NCBI RefSeq assembly: GCF_000143415.4
Contig: NW_003314300.1
Coordinates: 1,644,525 to 1,708,524, forward strand
Direction of reading: 5' to 3'
Origin: Selaginella moellendorffii
Taxonomy: Eukaryota; Plantae; Lycopodiophyta
Length of the DNA stretch: 64,000 nt
Made by a program: the position numbers and the translations under genes
The notes under the pieces: model-generated
Told to the model about the DNA's origin: nothing
Database searches by the model: none
The model's input: only the letters and a program-made list of their open reading frames with translations
Shown here: in pieces, positions 48,513 through 63,299 of the stretch
Layout: the number at the start of each line of letters is the position of its first letter
Numbering within the stretch: position 1 is the first letter of the stretch

Positions 48513-49149
48513 TATGGAAAAAGAAAGGAATTTAAGCACAAGAATCCCTTTACCAGGGGTAAACCATGCATCTGCCAATTCGATGGAACTTACTTCCACA
48601 ACGATTGAAGCAAAATCGATGTCAAGAGAACGTGGAAACACTCACCGGACAGTGTCTTTCAGCTGCTGTCATTGAATAGATTCTTGTAGAAACAATGCTC
48701 CGGCTTGGAAGCAAGGAAAATCTTCTGAGTGAAATCAAAGACGAGGATCCCGCACACCAAAACCTGGCGATATCGTGAGCAGCTGGCACGGCATGGCGCT
48801 GGAGATTTAGAGTAGGGGAATATCCAAAGTAAACTGACGGATCAACCTCATCACTTGCTTGAAGTTGATCTGCAATGTTGTATATGGCAAGGCTTTTTAG
48901 TGTATCTCGAGTGTTGATAAAGGTCTTCTGATGCCTCGTAACTCCATAGTCTATCATCAAGGTGATCGCGAGAGCGAGTGAATTTTTAACCCAGGTGCCA
49001 GGCCAAAACTCGACATCCATCATCCCGACAGTGCTTAAATTCCTTAAACTGATGGATGTGGGGAGAGAGGTAAGATGTGAGAGAAGAGATGAGATAAGAT
49101 GGTAATAAATCCTTCGTACTCTCATGCGCTTATAGTACGTCCTAACAGG

Positions 49150-52100
49150 TCTATTTCGAGGAGCTCTGGTCCGTTCCGGTTCGTCATCCGTTCCGTGCCA
49201 CCTGACCTTGTATCTTGTCGGAGGAGACAAACTCCGGCGCAGGAAAAAACTCCGGGAGCTGGTCCGCAAAAGCTTGAGATCCGACACGTCGAAAACGTTA
49301 TGTAGGTGCGACCCCAGTGGTAATGCCAACTTATAGGCGAGCTCGTTGATCTTTTCGAGTATCCTGAGTGGGCCGAAGAATCTGGGATGGAGCTGTGACT
49401 ACACGAGGAAATTCCAACCGTTGCCCAATCAGCTGCTGCATCTACCTGATGGCTTCCACTCGGTCACTGACGTCGTTTGATGAAGTGGGAGTTGTCATCA
49501 AGATCGGGGAAGCTACTGCACGTCCATAAAGCGCCTGGTATGGAGACATACCGATGGTTGAGTGCCGAGCAGTGTTGTAGGCAAACTCCGCGAATGTGAT
49601 CCACTTTGTCCATGAGCCCAGCTGGTCCGCCACGTATCCCCAATGTCTCCAATCGTCCGTCCCGTCTGACCATCTGTCTGGGGATGGTAGGCGGTGCTGA
49701 AGCTCAGTGTTGTCCCTAACGTTGCGAAAAGGTCTTTCCAAAACTGGCTGAGAAACCTGGTGTCTCGGTTGGAGACGATTTCGCTTGGAACGCCATGGAA
49801 CCTCACCACCTCCCTCCAGAAGATCTCTGCCACCTTCTTTGAAGCTGAGAACGAGAGCTGGCGCTGATGGAGAAGGTAAATGCTTGAGAAGACCAGGTGT
49901 TGCGACTATCTCTGGACACTCCCTGATCCACGTGCGTATCTCACACTCCATTCCTTTCCACACGACCCCCGGATGCCCCGCGAGAATGCCTTGGTGAAGA
50001 TGATCTTGCGGAACTCGAGTAGAATCCTTCCTTTCTTCTAGAGCAAGCCGTCATGGAAGGAAATCTTCGCGTCGCTGAAGTTGTTGTCTCCTTCGAGTGG
50101 TCATCGTTGGATTAGCCCTCTATGATTTCTGGTGTGACAACTGACCTCCGGCTTTTCAAACATCCTTGAGAGCGCATCAGGGACGACGTTTGTTTTCCCT
50201 GGCTTATACTCAATCGTGAAATCGAGTGATTGAAGCTGCCTCTGCTTTTTGTTAAGGCGAGGCTGATCGAGAAGAAATTTCATACTGAAGTGCGACCTCG
50301 CAGTGGCTCCACTTTGTCAATCATACGCCGGCTGGCCAGACTCCACTTCCAAGAATCTTTTACTCTCGAACTTCAAGATCGCTCCCACTCCTGCATCCGA
50401 GGCATCGTCTCCACGATGAACTGCTTCTCAAAGTCTGGAAGTTGAAGAATCGGAGCCGAAAAGTTCGAACGTTGACTGTGCGTTCTCGTCCCACGAAAAC
50501 CTGCCTGCACGAATGATGTCCGTCAGAGGCGACGCAACGGAAGCATAGTGCTCCACAGACTTCCAGAGGTAGTTGCAAAGCCTGAGAAAAGCATGGAGCT
50601 ACTTCATGGTGGTGAGAGACCTCTCATCGCCTCCATTTTTGTTGGATCGGCTCACATTTGGCCCGCTCGTATCCGGAAGCCTAAGTACTTCGCTTCTTGC
50701 TTGGCAAAGCAGCATTTTGAGAGTTTGACGATCAGCGCATGATCCTCTAGCACTTGCAAAACCTCGTCGATGTGTGTAAGGGCTTCTTCCCAGGATCGAC
50801 TGTAGACGAGGATGTCGTCGAAAAATACAATGACCGATCTTGTTCATGAGAGACTGAAAGGTGGCCAGGATGGTGAGCCCTCACCTTAGACTGCTTAAAC
50901 CCTCTGTGAGTCTGAAATGCTGTCTTGATCCTGTCCTTCTCTGCCATGGATATTTGATAATATGCAGATCGCAAATCTAGCTCGGAGAAATACGCTGCTT
51001 CACCGAGTTCATCAATTAAGTCCTCAATCCGTGGGATGGGGAGTGACGTTGTTGAGCTGTCTGTAATCAACGCACAGTCTCCACGAGCCGTCACGTTTTA
51101 GCACCAAGATTATTGGTGCCGTGTAAGGACTGAAACTGTCCTCTTTAAGAGATTGTCCATGAGCTCCTTGATCATCTTATCCACCTCCGCTCGCTCCACA
51201 TGCCTCAGCTGAATGAACAGTCGTGACGATCCCTTTCTCGAGTTGGATCTTGTGCGTGATTGCTTCATGAGCACAAACTCGGTTGAGGAAGACCCTTGAA
51301 TGCTTCCTTGCCACCTCACGAATGGCTTCCGTGGTGTACTGCTTCCTCCAACGACCTGGTTCTCTCTGGCTCCCCCTCCCCTGTAACTGGTTCTGGAGAT
51401 GTCGGAACTTGGTACAAGCATTCAGTTAACCAAATGCACTGATCCTCCTGGTTGGACCTTGCAGCCGATTGAAGGAGAGACGATGCTCATCAAAGTTGAC
51501 GAGAATGTTCCCAAAGAGGCGAAGTGTTTCGATGCCGAGTACTACGTCCATCGCTCCCATCTCCAGGATGAAGAACTCTCCTTTCACTTGGTGACGACCA
51601 ATGAGCATCGAGCATGAGACCCTGGCAGACGCCTCGATGACTCCCTCGTCCGCTATCTCCACCTCTAGAGGTGGACGCGCTGCGAGCTGCAGCTTAGATA
51701 GAGAATGTTGGTTGACGGTGTCACTCCCGAGTCAATTAATGCGAATGCTTCCTGCTAATCGTTCCTTTGTCTCCGAAACAAGTACCCGCAGCTTTTCCCA
51801 TAAAGGCCGGATAGGAGATGCATGCCTTCGCCACAGAAAGTTCTCCCTCAAGCCCCGCGTCCTCCTCTTCTCGCTGCTCCTGAGGCCAATGTGGTACATC
51901 CGTCTACAGGACTAAGATATCCTTGTCATCTTTTGCATTCTCCCAAGTGCACGGAATGAGGTCCCCCTTGTCCGAGACGTGGAATTGCATCACCACGAAC
52001 TTTGTTTTCGACGTCGGTTGTCCTCTACGAGCCTTGCAAACTTCCCAATGAACATTTCCCAAGCTTGAGGTCATCGCGTCCCTTTACTTGCATTGCTTCC

Positions 52101-53250
52101 GCGGATCGGGAGTTGGCATACCACTCTGGGTGGCTCCGGCCCTCGTTGTCTCCTTTGGTGGCCCTTGCCTGCATCGGCCGGAAAGACGAGCTTCCCACTC
52201 GTGGAACTTGAGATCCGTGTTTAATGCTAATGCCATCGCTTGCTGGACCGAGCGAGGAGATAGCTGAGCTATTTCGGTTGCCATTGCGATGCTAGGTAAC
52301 GTTGCATCAAAGCATCCTCCGGGATGTTGGTCACCTCGTATCTCGCCTTAAGCCACGTCTCGTTGAATTCCTGGGCGTCTGGGACTTAAATCTATACACC
52401 ATTCCGCAGAGTTTGTTGAAGGGAAGCTCTCCCACGGACGTGATGATAAAATGCTCCCGAATCTCCTCCCAACTTGGAAGCCTGGTTTTACAGTCTCGAG
52501 CGAGAAGGGACTCGGAGGCAAGGCCTTTCAAGTGGAGAGCAGGCTACCTTGCGCGAATCGGGATGACCACGGTATAGAAACCACCTCTTCAACTTGCGCA
52601 GCCACTCCACTAGTTTGAGGCAATCAAATACTCCACTATGGAGAGGCTCTTGCCATGGCATTGGATGCTGAGTCCCACGCAGGGTCCAGACTCCCTAAAC
52701 TAGTTCTCGTGGATTGGAATGGATTCCCCCCACCCGCCTCACCTCTTGTCCTGCCCACTCCGGGAAGGACCATTGCACGGAAACTCCCGCTCTTGAAGCG
52801 GCCATTATCCCGCTGAAAGCTGGCGCCGCTGTGAAGAATCCCCGAGTCTGCATGGGTGCTAAACGATACAGAGGAGTACTTTGTATCGGCTCGCTGACCG
52901 TCGACCTGTTGGAGAACTGCTCCCCCGCGCATTGGAATGGGAAACTCTGAAGCTGTTGTCCCAAAAGTGAAGGCTTACTCCCCTACCGTGCTCCCGCTGA
53001 ATGGTGGTACTTGGAACTCGAAAGGCCGGCGCCTAACTCCCTCCTCTTTCCGGAGTCCCCCATCGGCCTGGTCACTGCAGCTCCTAAGACCCGCAAGCTG
53101 TCGTCTAGATCTTCCTGTCGATCGGATATGCACCTTATCATCTTCTCTTGTTCTGTGAAAACATCAAGACTAAACCTTGGTAAATCCCCTGAAATCGCCG
53201 CCTTCGGCCGCCTCTATGGTGCCGCCATTGCCTGCCTCACACCAAGGAAG
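49150..53250 (-). mobile_element. Degenerate Ty3/Gypsy chromovirus (gag-PR-RT-RH-INT-chromodomain)
   Basis: MDVVLGI (PR), [31 protein letters not shown] (RT), DFTIEYKPGKTNVVPDALSR (RH), [13 protein letters not shown] (INT), PRFFGP..HNVFDVS, YKVRW.G (chromodomain). LTRs not identified. Confidence 0.88.
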
Positions 53251-53452
53251 AACAAGGGTATATGAATCCCCTCCCTCCCTCCATGCACGACCAGTCCAGA
53301 GAAGATCGGTCACCAAAAACTGTGAAAGCGAAACGAAACATTCCGGCCGCTTTACGACCTCCAACGACTGGTCTCCTCACGACACTCGAGCGTTTGTTTC
53401 AGACAAAGTGGCTACGATACCACTGTTATCGAGCAAGGGATAGGGAAAAGAG

Positions 53453-54121
53453 ATCCGAAGGAAAGCTCCAGCTACTCGCCGAGCATGAGATGGGGAGATG
53501 TGAGCGTGAGAGCGGTGAGGAAGGACTGCAGGGAGATAAGATGGAAAGACAGTAATATATCCTCCGTACTCTTTCCTCCATACGTGTTCTGATGCAGTTT
53601 TAAAAGCATCTTTATACAAAGTTCACAAACAGCTAGCTAAAGCTGAATTTTCCCTTTAACATCGAAAGCTTATCCAGTGCCTATGGTGTCAAGTTTCCCC
53701 TGAAGAACTAAGCTTCCAGGAAATATAGTCATGATTTTTATTTGTTTCTTCCTTGTTTTTCTTGAGGACCAGTTTTTGTTCCTCATTCGTTTGCTTTTCT
53801 TCCATGCAGACTCCAAAGTTCTCACAATCGATCTTCAACACTAACCCATGGTGGAAACTCTTAATTTGCTTCCACCAAAGACTTTAAATTTCTTCTCCAA
53901 ATTTCGATGTTAAAGGGGAAATTAAGCTTTAGCTAGCTGTTTGTGAACTTTGAATAAAGATGCTTTTAAAACTGCATCATAACACGTATGGACGGGGGAA
54001 CAGAGGGAAAGAGTACGGAGGATATATTACTGTCTTTATCTCTCTGCAGTCCTTCCTCACCGTTCTCACGCTCACATCTCCCCATCCCATGCTCGCGAGT
54101 AGCTGGAGCTTTCCTTCGGAT
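53453..54121. repeat. Long inverted repeat: arms of about 215 bp (53453-53667 / 53902-54121) around a ~235-bp spacer
   Basis: ATCCGAAGGAAAGCTCCAGCTACTCGC...TTTAACATCGAAA is mirrored by TTTCGATGTTAAA...GCGAGTAGCTGGAGCTTTCCTTCGGAT, with few mismatches or indels. Confidence 0.93.
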
Positions 54122-54244
54122 TCTTGCAAACTAAGCCAAGTATGTTGAGTTAAATAGACATTTATTCCTTCTTTATGCTTGTGCAGTAAAGTACAAATGT
54201 GAAGTCTAATTTAGTTGATCAAAGTTGATCTTTTGCCATTGTGG

Positions 54245-54600
54245 CATCGTCTACACAAAATATGCAACCTAACTTGCATAAAGAAATCATAGCATATCCA
54301 CTAATCACCTTATACATATATATTGTCGCCTGTAAACCCATGATTTTGAAAAAGCCATCGTTTGTAGCCAAGAAAACAAAGTGCTTTTATGAACCACCTC
54401 ATTATAGATGATCTTCCTTCACAAGAATGTGCTGTTGTAAACAAAATGATAAACCATGAGTGATTTGAGATGTATATGCTACTAACTATTCTACTAACCA
54501 GTAGAGTTAATAACTCCAATAATAATTGGAAAAACACATTAGTAATTTCTATACAAATAATAAAACAGTCTAAGCTATGAAAATTTGATATTATAGATTT
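54245..54600 (-). pseudogene. Eroded half-OCT family copy
   Basis: YISNHSWFII..AHSCEGRSSIMRWFIK..KRWLFQNHGF. Confidence 0.75.
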
Positions 54601-55130
54601 ATAATTTATGCATAGAATTATAAACTTGATTATTTCTAGTGACAATTCCAGTTAATTGTAATTTTATAGATTAGTACTGTTTACATGTAGATAAGTGTGC
54701 TTCTAAAGTAATTCTAATAGCAAGCATCTTGCTCCCAAGAAAAAAGTTTGATTTAGCTTATAAGCCCAGAAAAGGTTTTGCCCTGTTTGATTATATAAAT
54801 TATTTATTGTTGCCCTGGAACTTATTAAGTTATTTGATTTGTGGAAGTGAGATTTTTGCGTTTGAACCGCAGTGGATCGTCAATAAAGTCAGTCCCGCTG
54901 AAACGTAATATTTTCTTGAATTAATGACACAGCTATCTTTCATTATCAGGCGTGGAGAGCTGGCTGCATGACTGCTCATTCAATGAGCGCACTTTAGACG
55001 CTACAGAGCTTGATGGAGGAAGGAGGATACGGAAGTGGGCTTGCTTTTGTGCTTCCGAGGTATGGACTTGAACTTGTGTTTGTGTTTCCAAACAAGGTGT
55101 TCCAGAAAATAGCGTCGAGTGAGTCCTATT

Positions 55131-57160
<2,030 letters not shown>

Positions 57161-57879
57161 GGCAGAAGTGGAAGATGAATCGATCGCGCTTAAAAGATGA
57201 CCTTACAAGAGCGAAAACGTTGGTTTTTTTCAGATTGGAATCACAGCACAATACCTCGCAGTTGGCGTCAACACATGTGGTTTACATTGCCACACTGAGC
57301 AGCAAAAACGTTTGAATACGTTTGAAGGGCAATCTAAAACAATAATATTATCAAACAGGTCAAGTATATAAATACCCTTTTCTGGGTTTTTGGAAAAGTG
57401 AAACTTTGAATAAGTATTAAGCCTTCTGTAAGTGAGATTTTGCGTTTGAACCGGCACCAGCCGGTGGATCGTAAAGTTGGACATTCCGCTAACAGCTCTT
57501 GTTAGCCTAACCAGACGCGCTTAACTAACCAGACGCTCAAAACCATGAGATTTTTACTTGTAAAGAGGGTTTTTGGTGGCATTGCCGGCGAAACAGGTAT
57601 GTTTTTCTCGTTCTCTCTTCTTCCTGTGAGAATGCTGGTGAAATGTGTCCCGAGCCAAAGATTTCTAGCTTTCCTGAAGAGCCCAAGAGTCCCCATTTGC
57701 TGCTCCACGAATCGAAGAGGTGTGGTTTTGGTTTTTGGTGCTAAGTTCTCTCTTTTCACCCGTATCTGGTCTCTAGGAACCAGATGCGCTGGAGAAGATT
57801 CATTTGAGCGCTTTGTTTCTGGTGTTACCCGGTTTACCAATTTTGTTTCTCAAGCTATACAACTCGACTTACGTTTTTC

Positions 57880-60800
57880 TTTGACAGGCTTCACGTCTCT
57901 GCCCAAGCCCTTGAGCGAGTTTGGCCGGGATCTAGCGGAGGCAGTCAGGTGAAGCGATTTGTTGAGGACGACTGGAAGTTGAGCGGCTTTTTCTTTACAG
58001 AGACGAGGCAGCTGAGAAGCATCGAGCTGTAAAAGACAGGGCTACGTCAGAAGGCTCAATTGCAAACTTCCGAGTCTTCTTCATGGGTTTTTCATTGGCA
58101 TTTGTATGGAAAAGGTAGCATCGCTTATTACGTTTCAGCGGGACTGACTTTATTGTTTTTTGAAAGCGCAGTCCGGGTTTACAGGAAACGATCAGACTTG
58201 TCTTTGTCTTGTCTCGAGAGTTTGGCGTCCAAGGAATTGGATTTAGAAATAAAGGTAAAACTCTTGCATGGAGTATATTCGTGTCTACAAATGTTATCGC
58301 TACAGGAAGGCGGGCCTATACACTCAGAAGCTAGGCTCGTGGGATAACACGGGCTATCAAAAAAATATCGGAACTCACCATGTTCGACATTTGGATCCTG
58401 ATGCTCCAACTCCAGGTTGCATCCCGAAGATCAGGTACTACGCTCTTACGGGTCCTCTTCTTACTTATTGCAGAAACTGGAATATATTCTTTTAGAGATG
58501 TGCGGAATCTCATCCGAGCTGGAAGAAACGCAGAAGCGCAGGACCTGTGTCCAACAGGGATTACTCTTCGTTGCTCAGGTACATGAAACAAATGTTTCTA
58601 GACATCTTCAGCAAGCAGTGTTCTAAAACTTTCTTTATTTTTCTTGTGATACTAGAGTAGAGAAGCCAACTTCAAAACAAGATAAAGCACTCGCGCTGCT
58701 CAAATCCAAGCTCCTGGTGATTCCCGAGCAAAAACCAGTTGCTTATTTTCTTGAATTAATGACACAGCTATCTTTCACTATCAGGCGTGGAGAGCTGGCT
58801 GCATGACTGCTCATTCAACAAGCGCGCTTTAGACGCTACAGAGCTTGATGGAGGAAGGAGGATATGGAAGTGGGCTTGCTTTTGTGCTTCCGAGGTATGG
58901 ACTTGAACTTGTGTTTGTGTTTCCAAACAAGGTGTTCCAGAAAATAGCGTCAAGTGAAGGGGGGGAGATACGAGAGTCCCGTTTTTGCTGCTCAGTGTGG
59001 CAATGTAAACCACATGTGTTGACGCCAACTGCGAGGTATTGTGCTGTGATTCTAATCTGAAAAAAAGCCAACGTGTTCGCTCTTGTAAGGTCATGGAGAG
59101 CTTTCTCACCGCCATCTTTTAAGCGCGATCGATTTATCTTCCACTTGTGCCGAGCCTGTTGCCTTGTGATTTTATCAACTTGTTTCAAAAGCTCTACTCT
59201 GGGTACACATTTTGTTTCATCATGACTTGGGAATCTGGTTGTGAGACGCAGCTGTTGTGTTGGACAGATGCACCTCGTGGTCTCTGATATAGCACCGGTA
59301 CTGGAAATGTAGACGACAATTCTAGCTTCAAGTACGTAGGCTTTGAGCATTGTGCGTTAAGCTGAGTTTCTCTCAGGCCACACAGGCGTCCTCAAATGAT
59401 TCGTTTCGCCGCACATCTGGTTCTGCGGAAGGATTGAAGGACAATACGCGGACAGGCTTTAATTGGCTGGAGATTGAATCCTGAGCACGTATGATCGATT
59501 TCACTTCCACTTATTGTTTATGTTATTCTTTTAGGTACGTGAGTTTTGTATTCACGCAACACAAGGAAGAGCTCGTTGGCCCTCATCCCTCTCAGATCTT
59601 TACGTGGATATGATGGAGCTACGGCAGCCTCCCGTTGTATGGCAGAATTCCAACAGCGTTTGGTTTTCCGAGAGATCTCGCTAACGCCACTATGGTGTAG
59701 TGTTGAGATTTCGGAAGGAGAAAGCAGAGCCATTAAAAAAAGAACGTTGCTGCCTGTTTTTGTTTTTTGTTTTTTTTTTTCCCGGGACTTCGTTTTTTCA
59801 GCAAGAATACTTTTCTTGTGACACACATTATCGAAGCTGGCTATCAACAATTGAGAACTGCATTTCACCTGAAGAAAGAGCAAGGTCCTTTGCTACTGCA
59901 AAACAAGCTCTTGACACAGCTATTGCTTTTCTTCACAGTAAGCTATCTTATTTTGCTTCTTCCTATTTTGTTTTCAGATTTTCGTTTTCAGATAGCGAAT
60001 GAAAGTGGCTTCTCACCAACGATGAAGCCTTCCAATCCGTGGAACTATTTTCCACTGTCGTTTTATGGAGATCATCGGATCCTTGATTTGCTCCAGATCC
60101 TACAGTTTGCACTGCTCCGAACAGCGCATTGCATTTTTGCTCGGGAGAGCTGGCTTCCATTCAACGCAACTTAACGGTAAAGAGGACTTCTATCTGGTGT
60201 TTTTTGTAACCTTACGACTTGAGTGAAACAGGTGAATGTGGCTGTCAATCCTCAGAACAATATGTTACTGGATATAGAGCTCAAATGTGCGGCTCTTGAA
60301 GTGGAAGGCACTGAATCACTTGTAACAAGTGATGGTGGATTTTTGTCATTAAAGGTTTACATCAGGATTAATTTCTTCTCTTTTTCCTTTTGTTGCAGGA
60401 GAGCTTCCACATTTTCATCCTGAAGTTTTTCGAATGGATGCGTTTTCACTCGGATGGTGTACGCCGGGATGCTCCATTCGTGGCGTATTTGCCGTCGTTG
60501 CTGCTTTCCAGAACTTGTGCTACGATGCATGGAGGTGCGTCAGGTTTAAATTGCAATTTCTTGCTCTGGAACTTCATTTCAGATTCGTGGCTGGCTTCCG
60601 GTCTTGAAATGACAGCAAGTGATAATCCTGACTGGTTGCGTCGGGAGCTCTTCAGGGACTGTTTAGCGGCAGTCAGCTAGAGGTATTTATCGCATTTTGC
60701 ACACAGGATGTATCTCAGGATGTATTTCAGGTTTGGGGAGCAATTTGGTGTAAGTGTTGTTTCATGATCTACATAGTTTGGTCCAGGCGCTAATGAGGCT

Positions 60801-61700
60801 GAATGCGCTTTTTCCACATTCCTGCAGGAAAGTACCGCGGAAATACTCATGGAGCTCCTCGTCCTTATGCCTCTCATCTAGCTGGTGCGGATCTTTACGT
60901 GCATATGATGGAGCACGGCAGAATGACAGGTACATAGTATCTTTGTTTGTCTAAATCAATCTGACCTCAGTGAGATGGCTTTCCGCAGCAATGCCATTCT
61001 ACGTCCGTGACGGCTATTTGGTAATGCGATGCTTTTCTAGTTTCTTTGAGAAGTCTCGTGAACTCAAAACATCCGTTGATTGAAAGCTGAAGATACAAAG
61101 AGAGTGGAACTTACAGACAGGACATTCTGTGCAATAAATGGACTTTACTTCTCGAGCAGGTCTACCAGATTCGGATACAGTTGCGTGCTCTCTTGACAAA
61201 CACAGGTATATCGTTGATAATGAAATACTGCTGTTGATTTCCTTCTCGTTCTTGGTCACTAACGTCACTACTTTCTGGACATCTTTCAGAGCTTAAAGAA
61301 GTAGTAGACTTACGAAACTGTACTTCTGCCTGAGAACTATCAGGCTTTCTTTTAAGGTTTTCGAGATCTGGTCAGTCTGCTGCCTCAAAGTTTGTGCTTA
61401 TTTAATCCCAGCACTGTTCTTGCATCTTGTTCTTCTTCTTAGATCATTTCCTGCAATAGAAGAGCTTGCTGCGTTCCAGAACTTCTGGTGCGATTGCGAT
61501 CCATTCAGGTAGGCGTGTCATGACAATTCCTTGTACAGATTCGTGACAATCTGTTCAGTCGGGAGCTCGCAGGGACTGTTTCAGCGCAACTAGAGGTATT
61601 GTCACATCTTCCACAAGCTTCATAGATGTGCACAGAATGAAGGCTGGAGGCCGGAGAAAGCCACTGGATTTGTGAAAGCCTGAGCAAAAAGCTACATTCT
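57880..61700 (+). pseudogene. Unidentified multi-exon degenerate gene(s) with internal duplications
   Basis: Many short GT-AG introns separate exon-like blocks containing stops. 58745-58955 duplicates 54910-55120; 58980-59148 is an inverted copy of 57165-57312; the exon near 60582-60700 recurs near 61540-61615. Confidence 0.35.
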
Positions 61701-61830
61701 TTTCTACGAAGCCACTCCAAGATATCAAAGAAGGACGCTCTTATTCTTTTTTGAGATCTTGTTCGGTTCTAGGACATATGAGAGTGGGTGTTCTTAAACG
61801 CGAAGATCTTGTGCCATTTTCCAAGACCTA

Positions 61831-63240
61831 ATGGAGCTGCGAGGAGCAAGACGCGGTCTGGAGCTGCGGGGAGCAAGACGCGGTCGGCTTGGAGCTGTGG
61901 GCGTGATTGCATTTGGGCTCGTGGTCTGGATCCTCTGGAGCAAGATATACTTCCCCACACCGCCAGTGCCAGCATTCTTGGATCCGTTCCAGCATCAGGC
62001 ACACAAGGTTCCTACAGATGCGATTCCTGCCGAGGAGATCACCAAATCACGAATCTTTTGGCTAGGATTTTTGTCAATGGTATCTTCTCTAGTGGCTTCG
62101 ATGGCACTAGCAGCGTTTTGCCATGGAGTGGATCCAGCGCGCGGTGGTGTTCTGGGCGATGGCGCGGCTCAAATTGGTGGCCAAGAGGCGACTAGGATCT
62201 TTGTGGATGTGGGAGACGCTGGCGTTGCAAATGTGCTGGAGGGAGACGCCAGTGGCATGCTGGAGGAAGACGCTGGTGTTGCAAATGGGCTGGAGGGAGC
62301 CGCCGGTGCCATGCAGGAGGGAGACGCTGGTACCAACATCGTTGTGGATATGCCGGAGCAAGACGCTGCTGCTGGTGCAAATGAGGGAAACGCTGCTGCA
62401 GGTGAGCGAGACACTGGTGCACAGGACGAGTGCGAGGGTGAAGATGTCCATCCAGGCGAAGATCTCACGGGGATCATTGTGACGGAGCCCACGGGAGACA
62501 AGATTGGTGAGACGGCTCAGGGAGGAGATAGCGTGTCCATGGGAGACACACCTGCTGAGGGAGATGCTGGTGTGATGGCTCATGAGGGAGACCCTGGCGT
62601 GGCTGCTGCTGTGCCACTTGCGGGATCTGGCGCTGTGCTTCTTGCTGCTACTGGCGGCAATGCCCAGGCAGGTGATGCTCAAGCTCGAGGATCTTCAGGT
62701 GACGATATGCTGAGGTCGTTGTCCCCTCTCTTGGCTCTCCTGGCACTTTCCACCCTCAACGCGGTTGCTATGGTGGAGAAGTGGAACAGGGATGGCATAG
62801 ACTACCACCACTTGGCTATCGTGTCGGCCTTCGTCGCTGCATTCTCAGGTTTCTTCTGTGTGTTTGGGCTGCTTACGGTGATTGCCAAGCTGCCTGCTGG
62901 ACGGGGACGAGGAGTCGCGATACTGTGTTCTTCGCTGGTGCTCAGCCTTGCGTCTCCTGGGTTTTCGCTCGCGTTTCAGCACCAGCCGCCACGCGTCTGG
63001 GTCACAGCGGGAATTTACGTCGTAGCATCAGCCTTTCCTCTTGGCCTGCGCGGAGTTCTTCGGCTTGGTTTCCCACGGTCACCTCTGTACGTCGTGTTCT
63101 CCGTGTGTTCTCTCACTTCTGCTTTGTTTTGGGGAGTTTTCTCCCATTGGGAGAAGGACTATGCCCATGCAGGAGGAGCTGGGAGTGCTATGTTCGCGAA
63201 TACGGTCTTCTTCTACTTCTATTACAAGAATAGCAAGTAG
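61831..63240 (+). CDS. Intronless 469-aa membrane protein with acidic (E)GDAG repeats, function unknown
   Basis: Long ORF: two N-terminal hydrophobic segments, about 190-aa Gly/Ala/Asp/Glu repeat region, about 6 C-terminal hydrophobic segments. A paralogous C-terminus lies at 31344-31600. Confidence 0.7.
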   Translation: MELRGARRGLELRGARRGRLGAVGVIAFGLVVWILWSKIYFPTPPVPAFLDPFQHQAHKVPTDAIPAEEITKSRIFWLGFLSMVSSLVASMALAAFCHGVDPARGGVLGDGAAQIGGQEATRIFVDVGDAGVANVLEGDASGMLEEDAGVANGLEGAAGAMQEGDAGTNIVVDMPEQDAAAGANEGNAAAGERDTGAQDECEGEDVHPGEDLTGIIVTEPTGDKIGETAQGGDSVSMGDTPAEGDAGVMAHEGDPGVAAAVPLAGSGAVLLAATGGNAQAGDAQARGSSGDDMLRSLSPLLALLALSTLNAVAMVEKWNRDGIDYHHLAIVSAFVAAFSGFFCVFGLLTVIAKLPAGRGRGVAILCSSLVLSLASPGFSLAFQHQPPRVWVTAGIYVVASAFPLGLRGVLRLGFPRSPLYVVFSVCSLTSALFWGVFSHWEKDYAHAGGAGSAMFANTVFFYFYYKNSK

Positions 63241-63299
63241 AAAGTCTTCTTGTATCTTTTTCTAATGCAAATGACTTGGATTTGAGAGAATTCGCTACT

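Noticed and set aside
57880-61700. FANCD2-like identity for the degenerate gene
   Set aside because: Rests on one weak motif (FDIWILM); cannot be supported without a profile search.
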